In this document: positions 24,123-33,830 of the stretch, one piece after another
Position numbering within the stretch: the stretch's first letter is position 1
How the letters are laid out: the number at the start of each line of letters is the position of its first letter
DNA from: Nemertoderma westbladi
Lineage: Eukaryota > Animalia > Xenacoelomorpha
Assembly (NCBI GenBank): GCA_032718475.1
Contig: JAUCBJ010002359.1
Coordinates: 15,903-79,902, forward strand
Length of the DNA stretch: 64,000 nt
Direction: 5' to 3'
Translations under genes and position numbers: made by a program
The notes under the pieces: generated by a model
What the model was told of the DNA's origin: nothing
The model's input: the letters and a program-made list of their open reading frames with translations, nothing else
The model's database searches: none

Positions 24123-24960
24123 ATTCTACGTTAGACTACCAAGTAACTCCTGTCCAATTCATTTTCCCCGCAATAGCGCTAGTAATTATCAGATCAATTT
24201 TCATGGAGCCTTACCTATAAATCCAAACGAAAACTGGGTGGTAGGTATAAAAAGTATATTTTACTTAGCTACGTTGCCGTCCATGTATAACAATGTAGAG
24301 AATGTTATTTTATTAAAAAAAGGGAAAAAAAATTTTGAGGATACACTTCCATCCGGCTTGTTCTACAGTATCAATGATATTATAGATTATTTTAACACTG
24401 GGGCGTTGAAAGATAAATTACAAATAGTTGAAAATACTCAGCAAAATAGGTTGCAATTTATTTTAGGGAAAACTGTACGAGAGTTATTTATAGGTCAACA
24501 ATTAGCCTATTATTTTGGAATTACTGAAAATAATCTCGGTGCGAATTTAAATCCAAATTTTAAAATTATTTTGAAGACGAAAAATAACATAAAGGGTTAT
24601 TTAATAAAGGTTATCGGAAATGAAGAAAAAGCTTACCAGATGGTATTTTTATGTTCTCAACCACCCAATTCTATTCCAGAACCTAAATCGAACATGTACG
24701 TGACTACTAATATAATTGAAAATGAATATATTAATGATTTTGGCTTAGCTTTACTTCGGCGTGTCGCGATACCTGATGACGTGAAATATGGTAGTGTAAT
24801 AAATAAAGAATTTGTCAAGGATACAATTCATTATATCCCTGTAAAAAAATCATATAAGATAACATACATTCATATTGAAATAACAGACAAAGAAGGAAAA
24901 GATTTGAATTTTGAATACGGGACAACATCTATTACATTACACTTTAAAAAAATAAATTAA
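24115..24960 (+). CDS. Minor capsid protein (penton), copy 2
   Basis: FYVRLPSNS...FPRNSASNY, WVVGI, MYVTTNII, LLRRV, HYIPV, IHIEITD..G..LNFEYG.T.ITLHFK. ATG at 24115 overlaps the copy 1 stop. Confidence 0.88.
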   Translation: MDEFYVRLPSNSCPIHFPRNSASNYQINFHGALPINPNENWVVGIKSIFYLATLPSMYNNVENVILLKKGKKNFEDTLPSGLFYSINDIIDYFNTGALKDKLQIVENTQQNRLQFILGKTVRELFIGQQLAYYFGITENNLGANLNPNFKIILKTKNNIKGYLIKVIGNEEKAYQMVFLCSQPPNSIPEPKSNMYVTTNIIENEYINDFGLALLRRVAIPDDVKYGSVINKEFVKDTIHYIPVKKSYKITYIHIEITDKEGKDLNFEYGTTSITLHFKKIN

Positions 24961-24961
24961 A

Positions 24962-25525
24962 ATGGATTCCGATTTATTTCAAAGATACAGTAAACCTCAA
25001 TATGGTGGTGCAGAATCTAATCTTGCTGTTTTTAAAGGCGGTAGAAGTACGAGAGGCTCGACGCAAGTTCCTGTTTTTCGAGGTGGTTCATATATTGACC
25101 CTTACGGACAACAAATTGGAGCATTTGGTCCAAACTTAAAACAACGTCGTTTTCAGCGTTATCGTAGAGGTATACGGGCAAATCAACACGGGGAAGGTAT
25201 ATTTACAGACGCTTTATCTACATTGAAAAAATTTGGTAAGCCATTAGCAAAAAAAGTGTTACAAAAAGCTTTACCATTTACCACAAAATTTATGAGACAA
25301 CACGTAATACCAAAAGGTAAGCGGGTCTTACATCAGCAGGCTAATACGGTTATTAATAAAGCATTAAATAAAATGAAACCATCAACCAGATCTGTTGTAG
25401 AAAAAGTTTATAGAGATTTAAAGCGACCTACTAGACCAATGTCTATGAACATACATCATCGGCGTAGTAAAAATAGAAAAATTAAAAAAGGCAAACTGAA
25501 ACACTGCGAAAAAAGTATTTTTTAA
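24962..25525 (+). CDS. Basic core/minor virion protein with QYGG, FKGG, FRGG and QHGEG putative protease sites
   Basis: R/K-rich. QxGxG-IF motif followed by an amphipathic helix (IFTDALSTLKKFGKPLAKKVL). Typical position immediately upstream of MCP. Confidence 0.75.
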   Translation: MDSDLFQRYSKPQYGGAESNLAVFKGGRSTRGSTQVPVFRGGSYIDPYGQQIGAFGPNLKQRRFQRYRRGIRANQHGEGIFTDALSTLKKFGKPLAKKVLQKALPFTTKFMRQHVIPKGKRVLHQQANTVINKALNKMKPSTRSVVEKVYRDLKRPTRPMSMNIHHRRSKNRKIKKGKLKHCEKSIF

Positions 25526-25527
25526 TA

Positions 25528-26787
25528 ATGTCAATTATTAAGGAATTAGATTTATTTTCTACACAGCCAATACAGACTGAATTTAAAGCAAAGCATTATG
25601 AAACAATTTACCCAGTATCTAATCTCCGATGTGAATCTAGGGAGGTCACGTTCCTTATACCAAGATCCAATGAATTCTATACGAAACTGCAAGATGCGTT
25701 ATTAATTACAAAATGTACTGTACGGTGGGATAGACGACTTGAAAACTCCCATATTTATATGTTGAATTACCCTTCAGAGACTATGTGGAGTGATATTAAA
25801 ATAGACCTTAATGAGAAGCAGGTTGAAAATAGCAATAACCATTATTTCTACAAGTCGTACTTATCCAATTTATTATTTACAACTTACGAGGATAAAAATA
25901 GGTTACTGGGGGCGGGCGGCTTTCGTCAGCCTTTATCCGAACACGGAAATGAAATTAATCCTGGCGCGCATCCTATTGGCGATGCCTTTAGTAAACAAAT
26001 GCAATTTGTAAGTGGATTGATGATTGATTTTGATACTGAAAGTAAAATAATACAACCCGGGTATGATTTAAGAATGCATTTTAGAAAAGTATCAAATTCG
26101 TTTATTTTTAAATTCACTCCAAACGCAAACGCCGTGACAAATCTTCGGCTAGAATTAGATGAAGTAAAGATCCTAATCCCTAGAATGGAGGTTAATCCGG
26201 TAATAGAAAGCAGTCACCTAAAAGGTTTAGAGAGTTACGATATTGAATATCAATTTCAAAAGAAAGAGGTTACTACATTTACTATTCCCGCTCAAACCAC
26301 AAATTACACCCAAACAAACATATTTGATGGTAAAAAACCCAAATTAGTTATTATCGGTTTTATAACAAATAACGCTTATTCTGGGGAATTAATTAGTAAC
26401 TCCTTAAAATTTGAACATTTTAATCTTAGACGTGCGGAACTGATTGTAGACGGTCTTCCAGTAGGTGGAGTAATATACGAGCCTAATTTTACAGATGGAA
26501 CATACATTTTTGAGTATACTCAATTAATGAAAAACATTAATACATATATTAACGGTTATGGAGGTAATAATATAGACCATGAAACCTACTTAGGTAATTG
26601 CCCCCTCATATCCTGGGACCTAACCGCCGACGGCTATGTTAGAGATCCGCAGCCATCGATATATACTAACGGTCAATTAAAATTAAGATTTGCCGAGCCG
26701 TTGGTTGAGACCATAAATGTAATCGTTTTTAATATTTATGATCAATCATTAAGTTTAAATAGCAGGAAAGAAATACATATCGATTAA
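25528..26787 (+). CDS. Double jelly-roll major capsid protein
   Basis: ELDLFS..PIQT..YETIYP N-terminus, KPKLVIIGF..N.AYSG...N..KFEHFNL, DLTAD, LKLRFAEPL; intact 419 aa. Confidence 0.93.
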   Translation: MSIIKELDLFSTQPIQTEFKAKHYETIYPVSNLRCESREVTFLIPRSNEFYTKLQDALLITKCTVRWDRRLENSHIYMLNYPSETMWSDIKIDLNEKQVENSNNHYFYKSYLSNLLFTTYEDKNRLLGAGGFRQPLSEHGNEINPGAHPIGDAFSKQMQFVSGLMIDFDTESKIIQPGYDLRMHFRKVSNSFIFKFTPNANAVTNLRLELDEVKILIPRMEVNPVIESSHLKGLESYDIEYQFQKKEVTTFTIPAQTTNYTQTNIFDGKKPKLVIIGFITNNAYSGELISNSLKFEHFNLRRAELIVDGLPVGGVIYEPNFTDGTYIFEYTQLMKNINTYINGYGGNNIDHETYLGNCPLISWDLTADGYVRDPQPSIYTNGQLKLRFAEPLVETINVIVFNIYDQSLSLNSRKEIHID

Positions 26788-26789
26788 GT

Positions 26790-27170
26790 ATGTTATCTAC
26801 AGAGGACCTTGATATGTTTCCAGTGGGTGGTCACTATTTGGGTGCGTTTCCAGCTAACAAATTACCTAAATTAGATAATAATAAGCGGAGAGATTATGGG
26901 TTAATAGTAAATACCGATAAAGAGCATCTGCCCGGGATTCATTGGATCGCTATATATATACGAGATAATGAAGCCGAAGTATTTGATTCGTTTGGACCAA
27001 AATATCCAAACAGATGTATTGAAAAATGGCTTGAGAAAAATTCAGCAAGGTGGCGTACTACTCGCAAACAATTTCAAGACCCAAGGAGGACCACATGCGC
27101 CTATACTATTAATTCTTTAAAATTAATCGCTGACACTTGCTGGCAACTTACATTCTTATTAACTATCTGA
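26790..27170 (+). CDS. Adenain-like cysteine maturation protease
   Basis: LIVNTD...PGIHWIAI, FDSFG, FQ....TTC (His/Asp/Gln/Cys). The region after the Cys is short and may be degraded. Confidence 0.9.
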   Translation: MLSTEDLDMFPVGGHYLGAFPANKLPKLDNNKRRDYGLIVNTDKEHLPGIHWIAIYIRDNEAEVFDSFGPKYPNRCIEKWLEKNSARWRTTRKQFQDPRRTTCAYTINSLKLIADTCWQLTFLLTI

Positions 27171-27213
27171 TAGTTCATTGTTTGACTCCCGATAAATAGG
27201 TATATTGTTTTTT

Positions 27214-30200
27214 TTACGGGTTTTTCAACCTTTGTTTGATATGACCCCTGGGAAGTGAATGATTTTTATTAACCCAATAAAGTTTATCGTCAAATGCGCT
27301 GAGAGCAAACTTATCTCGTGCTACAGTATACACTTTGTGTAATTGGCTCTGAAATTGATGCGTTTCCTTGGAAATTTCTTCGTTATCCTTATATGCTCTT
27401 AAATAATCTTTGTGGCAAATATTTTTATCCACGACAGCTCTTGTTATTCCTTTCGCCCGTCGTATATTTGTTTCATTGTATTCCAAAATTGAATATAATT
27501 TTGGTCTTAAAAATACCGCTTGTTTAATTTCACGTGAGGCTAGTTCGTCTTTACAGTAATAGAGCCTTGATTTATTTTTATCGCTGTAGAGAGGGTGATC
27601 CTTGGGGTAATTGGATGTATCTAGAATATTATTTTTAATTAAGGCTTTTAAGAAATTACTCTGCGATGTATTATAGTAACAACCTATTAAAGAGTCCGTA
27701 TCTGATGCTACAATTTCAATTCGACAGTTTAATTCTTTCTCAATAGGTAGCAATTTATTGTAGTACAAGTCATACATATCCAATTTAGCCAAATCCAAGA
27801 CAGTACTACCTACATAGACTGGCTTATCGAGAGTTACAGAGTCTTTCACTAATAAATGTCCCGATAAGGAATCATTATAAATCATGAAATTTTCGTGATT
27901 TATACGTTTCACCAACAAATCACATTTTTCTTTACTATTAGCGATACGAAAGTTGCATCGGTCCCATATTTTCTCAATAGTTTTTCCAAATAACGAATTA
28001 TTCAGAAGCTTTGCAACAGCTGTTTCAATATACGTTTTTGCTAAACGTCTTTGATTAATATTAAAATCTATATAGGGTTTAAATACAAAGTCTTGATGGA
28101 AAGAATACAATTTATGGAGCTTAGTAACAATTAAACCTTGTTTTATATAAAATTTTAACAGTTTTAAATTTACATGATAGAATTCTTTATCGAATTGTGT
28201 CAACATAAGTTTTGGAGCACACATCTTATACTTGCTATTAGTACCTCTTTGTTTACATACATGATTATATTGTTCCCTCATATATGGTGAAAGCATTGTC
28301 TCATTTATACTTAAATGTTCTGGGGCTAAGGGTAGTTCTAATGTATGATCATGAATATCTTTGGGATATTTCAAATCGCAAATTAAGAAAAACCCAATAT
28401 CCCCTTCAGTATCAAGATTTGTTAAATAGTTTATTAGTTCTTCTGGAGCGGCATTCTCTAAATATGTAACGTTGACTTGTTCAAAACCTGAAACAGGTAG
28501 CTTTTTACTTAAATTACCCGAATACAAGGAATTAAAATCTATATTGAAAATATGACACTCTTCCTTGCTTGGATCATAATTATCAGTATCTGGTATATTT
28601 GATTCTATGTAATGCTTTCGACAGAATGAAACCCCACCTCTAATAGATGCTTCAAAATCTCTATATGTTTGGTAATCTTTTATTAATGCTAACTTACATT
28701 TATTGTATTTCAGGGCGCAATCATAAGTGAAAGCTGCGATACTGCAATAATAAACTACTTCTAATTCGTAGTTTTGTCTACATACTCTCCTAAAGTTCTC
28801 AAATATATCAGCGAGTGAGACAAACATCGAGTTTTAAGTATGCTAAAAGATAATCCTTGAGATTCACACAGTCAAACTGACTCCATGATGCGTTGGCAAA
28901 ACTATATTCCTCGGGAGTACAGGTATTTTGTGTTAATTTACTATAAAATTTGTCTATTGATGGTAATTTTGAATCATTGAATTTATTTAAATCTGTCAGA
29001 TACTCGTAGGGAAATATACCTTTTCGTTTAATTGTTGCATTATTTAAATTCGGATAAAAATATTTCATTTGCTGTTCAGTAATTGGTAGAACTGATGTTA
29101 TATTCTCGCTGTCTATATCCTTTGTTGAACAATCAACTAAAGTACTTAGGGAAAAGGATAAAAATTGATATATGTCTAAGACACGTAGCTCGATTTTTTG
29201 TTTTTGATCTTTCACCGGTATATGCATACTTAGTGAAATATACCTTTCAGAATTTTTAGGGATTACCTTTATATCCCAATCGGAATATCGGTTGTTGGTA
29301 AAACCAACTTGCAAAAGAAAATGTAAATCATAGTGATTGCAGTTGTGTGCAGCGAGTATATACAGGTGTCGTTTCAATGATAAAGAGCGGTTACATGCGT
29401 TACAAGCGGCTGCTATATAGTTACCAGTAATATGTGAGTGATGTTTGTTTTTCTCAGATTTATCCTTAAATAAAACATTGCAATAAAAGCAAGTTTTAGC
29501 TTTCCAAAAACTTAACTTATCTACATCATTAAGTATTATCTTTTGTCTTGTATAGGTTTCTGACCACTTATATAATTGGGTGATGTCATTATATACAGAG
29601 TCTAAAAAGTCTTGAATACAGTTGTTGTCGATTGTTTTTGTAAAGGTCTTCAAATAAAATTTTGGTGGATTGATTAATTCGGTACTAGGAACAATTAAAT
29701 AACTTACAGCGCATGGAATATGATTCTGAATAAATTTACTGTTGCCGGCTGGCTCCAAAATAGATTCTATGTCAAAATATATTACAAACAATGCTGGTAA
29801 TGTTCTGTCTAAATTTCTAAAGCTAATGTGAGTTCTTTTTTCAGATGGTAGCTTCTCAACTTGACTTTTTCCTCGATAACAAGCAAGACGGTGACGTTCT
29901 AGAACATCTTTGCTGAAGAAATGAGACAAACACCGTTCACAAAATTTCCTACCTCCAATATGCTTACCTCTTGTATTCATCAAGCGATTCAAGTTAGTTA
30001 TGCAAACATAATGTGATTGTTTACTCGTATTCTTATTTTTTACAAGTAATATATTCAATAACTCTTTATCTGGAGTGATTTTACTAAATGGTGCCTGTCT
30101 TAATATAGATACTCGATTGTTGTCGTAGAGTAATAAATTAATTATATATGCTGAATTCTGTTTTTCAAAAAGTTTAATTGCAAGCTGCCATTCTGTTGGA

Positions 30201-31174
30201 TAATCTATGTTCCCGTTGTCAAAAATAAAATGATTCATGTAATCTGTGTACTGCGAAGTACGATGTTTGTTATCTTTCACTTTGCTGCTAAATTTTGTGG
30301 CTATAATAGCCCATTTGAAACAGTCATTATCAGCCGTTTGTATATTTATAACATATTGTTTACTCGATAGAGCCTTAGGTAACTCCATATAACCGTGACC
30401 TTTATATTCCAGTGACCTACACTTGGATTCAGCTACTTTAATTTCCACTCTTAATAAAGATTTAACGCGCCACCCTGAGCCACGAGTGTTAAATATGGCT
30501 ATTTTTTGTATTAATTTTTCTAGTACATACTCAAACCATGTGTCAAAACTTTCATGTGAATCTACGGTATTAACTGCACCACCTGAAGAACTAAAATAGA
30601 AAGTTTCTTCTTGGTCACCCTCTGCAAAATGTGATCGATACATGAGTATATTCACACCTAGCCAGGGTCTAAGTACATTCATTTCGCTAAGTTTTCCTAA
30701 TAATAAGTTTTTGATGTGAGGTAGAATATGAACTATCGATGAATGAATATCAGGAAAATCTTCATCATTCGGAAGATTGTAAACATAGATTTCTAAACGG
30801 TTATCGTGTGCGGCTCGTTCGAGGCTAAAAATTGATGGACCTTGACCAGATTTCAGTCTTTTTCTAGATGCGACAGTATTGTTTTGGTTCCATTGTGGTG
30901 GTCTAACATGATAATAACGTTGGTGACAGTCGTGACGTAAATAATTCTCATATAAATACTCTTTATTACAAGTAGGGCAAGTTTTTTCATACACGCAAAA
31001 CTTCATTTCTTTACAACCCGTAGTTGATTCATGTCGTTTGCAAATTTCTTCACGTGAACATTTCACATGACAATTAAAACAATTAAATTCTTGAAAATGT
31101 GATTTCAAGTGAGTTAAATAATTTCGTTTAGAAATTTGAAGAGGACAAAATGGACATTTCAATTGTTTATCCAT
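27214..31174 (-). pseudogene. Protein-primed family B DNA polymerase with N-terminal Zn fingers, terminal-protein/OTU-like region and endonuclease VII insert; split by one frameshift near 28815
   Basis: ExoI FDIES, ExoII HNCNHYDLHF, RKGIFPYEY, YLKLDV//LADIFENFR, DFNSLY, KLLNNSLFGK, SDTDS, RPKLY, AKGI. CFYC..HHSHITG...ACNACN endo VII motif. DNDCFKWAI..HYVCI OTU-like dyad. Confidence 0.95.
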
Positions 31175-31727
31175 CTCTTTATTATCCTAAAAACAATTTA
31201 AAATTAATATGAATATTGTTATATATATAATCAAAAAAAATTCATAAGCTACTCAACACAAATAAAATATAATATCTAAACTTTAATTAATTTAATATTT
31301 TCAGAATGAGCTCGATTGAATCAGTTGAGCTCTTTATATATATATTTCAAGTTTCTACTTATACCAACCAATCATAAATAACAGTTACATTGGAAACTAA
31401 TATCATAAATAAAGTTGCTTTTACAACTGAATTCTTTATAATAAAATCAAGTCTAAACCAAGATGTGCATAATGTGTTTTTAATTTTCATTGATAAAGTA
31501 GGTTTTACATGCTAATGTTTTATTATGGTGGTGTAAACTCATGCATTTACATGCGAATGTTTTATACCTAATCCCATGCTCACATTAAATATAAACTATC
31601 ACCAATATTTACTCAATAAAGTCACCTTTACATGCAAATACTTTATAATAATCACGCTTTGTGATAAAAAGTTACCTTTACAAGTCAGTGTGAAACTGAA
31701 AAAGAAAAGTCTCTAGTTAATAATAAA

Positions 31728-32771
31728 TCAATCTGATACTGTTTTTATATGTTCCTTATTGTAATCTGCTACCTCTTCACTTGCTTTTGTAACTTTTATT
31801 TTCTTTGTAGGTATAGAATCATTGTTGGGAATGGAAGATGTTTGAGATGTAGATCTGCGCTTTCTATCACTCGATGTCTCTTCGATGTATGTCTTTGGAT
31901 TAAATGTGGATGAAACTGTTTCTGGAAATGACTTATTAACCTTAAACTTCCAAGTTGGTTGATATAGAATCGCGAAACCGTCTGCTATATCAGTTGATGA
32001 AACCTTTTCCATCATATCATAGAGAAACTCTATATGAGGTATGTCTTTATCATAATGTAACTGTAAATATTTGCTTTCCTTGTCTGTAATAATTACTTTT
32101 TTTTCTTATACATTTATTTTTACTTTAAGTCGGTCAGATAAAGCTTTATCGCTCGTATCTAGCTCTGAAAAGACACCTTCGTTACTAATTTCATAATTCC
32201 ATTCATACCACAATGAATTTACATCCGATGCTGTTAAGTTAAACCCATTATAATACCTAAGACCAATAGCATCAGAATATCTAGCTGAAATCTCCCATAG
32301 TCCCATATAAGTCGTTCCTTTATATTTGCTTACAAAACCAACAAAAGATGGGTTGGTTAAATTAACAACAGAACACTGATTTATTATTTTGAGTGGTGGT
32401 GATAACAATTCAAATATTTCTGTCTTACTCTGAAGCAATAAATTAATGAGTGATTTGTTTAGAATTTGACATTTGCCTTGCTTCTGAATATATACGTTTT
32501 CAGTAATAACACAGGTGGAAATATTTAACTTTCCTCTTGTAAATTCTATATTAGGATAAATATTACCTCTTGAAACTGGTGATTCCTTTTGTCGGTTGAT
32601 TAATATTTCTAAGACGTCTAGAAGGTAGAGTGTATCCCGGTAAGAGAAGCATGTTGTTACATTGCTATTGCTTGAGTGTAATATAAAGTACTTGCCATAA
32701 ACAATACTACAGGTATATTTATTACATGTAAATTTCCAAGTATTGCTTGAAGTTTTTTTAAATAAATCCAT
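31728..32771 (-). pseudogene. Accessory ORF with PC4-like ssDNA-binding motif, broken by a single in-frame TAA at 32106-32108
   Basis: ORFs 32106-32771 and 31728-32015 are in the same frame with 30 open codons between them. FVSKYKGTTYMGLWE...GFNLTASDVNSL resembles PC4 VSxFKGxxYxDIRE..GISL. Confidence 0.55.
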
Positions 32772-33321
32772 AATTAGAATGAAAACTATTTTGAAAAATA
32801 AAAACTAAATAAATGATTATTAGAATGTAAAACTTCTGTTTATATGGTTGCTTTAATACAACAGAGTGACTTACAGTGAGGAATATAGTAGCTTTGTGTA
32901 ACAGATGCAACGTGTACAGCTAAATTTATTACATTAGCGTGAGTTAGAGAGTGAAATAGCAGTAACATGTAACAGATGCAACGTGAACAATGCTAGCCCT
33001 GTCATTCTAACTTATATTTAACTTAGTTGACCGACCAGTCACATCGATAAAAGAAATCATTATTATTAATAGTCGAATTAATGTATTCTATGCTATAGTA
33101 ATTATGTTAAGGAACTAGAAGCTATTTATAAACATCTGCTACCAGTGATGAAGATGAAGAATTCAATGACTATGGTATAACTCAGATATTTATCGCCTTT
33201 TTCTCTCGAGGTTGGATGGAAGACTGATTGGTGAGTTGTGAGGAGTTATAACGGTGCCGGGTTCGAACCCTGTTGAATATTTTGTTATCTGAAAAATTGC
33301 AAAATTAAATTTAGTTACTGG

Positions 33322-33707
33322 TGAAAAATAGCGATTTGAAAAATAGTAGACGTTACCTGTAGACACTTCTAGCATCTGTAAAATAAAGGTTGGTGAAAAA
33401 TTGCGATTTGAAAAATAGTAGAAGTTACCTGATGCTAAGTGTAGACACCCGAACACCTGTAAAATAAAGGTTGGTGATTGGATGCAGTACTAGCGTTGGG
33501 TGACTAATAACGCCTCTAGCGGAATAAGCGGGAACTTGAGAAGTTACCATGGTTACGGATGAAATGCTGACATCTGATTGGTTGAAATAATAACGACTAC
33601 TGCTAAAGGTTGAAATGGTGGCTTCTGATTGGATGCAGTACTAGAAATGGATGGTAATGATGGGCTACGGGTGACCATGAAGCCGTGTCACACAATTATA
33701 TACTACT
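33322..33707 (-). repeat. Polinton right terminal inverted repeat
   Basis: Reverse complement of 15151-15536. Confidence 0.97.
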
Positions 33708-33830
33708 GTCGCCAACCGCCCCCCATGTCCTTAATCAGAACCTCATCAGTCTGTCCAGTCTGCATTCGGTGCTCTTGAACACCCGCTGCACTAAGAGAAA
33801 GCTTATCTGCCAAGGCAGTCAGCTCACCTT
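33708..33830 (-). pseudogene. N-terminal piece of the RTE-like APE endonuclease split by the Polinton
   Basis: Translates QGELTALADKLSLSAAGVQEHRMQTGQTDEVLIKDMGGGWR. Joins in frame to LALASADDSGNGGIG at 15144 once the Polinton and one TSD are removed. Confidence 0.9.

Larger units (their letters stand above)
15151..33707 (+). mobile_element. Full-length Polinton/Maverick (endogenous polintovirus), 18,557 bp
   Basis: 5'-AGTAGT...ACTACT-3' termini, 386-bp TIRs, 6-bp TSD GTCGCC (15145-15150 and 33708-33713). Genes for pPolB, rve integrase, ATPase, MCP, penton and protease. Confidence 0.97.

Noticed and set aside
28808-28827. Programmed frameshift in pPolB
   Set aside because: No slippery heptamer; one extra base in the conserved DVxLLAD motif is more simply a mutation or sequencing error.
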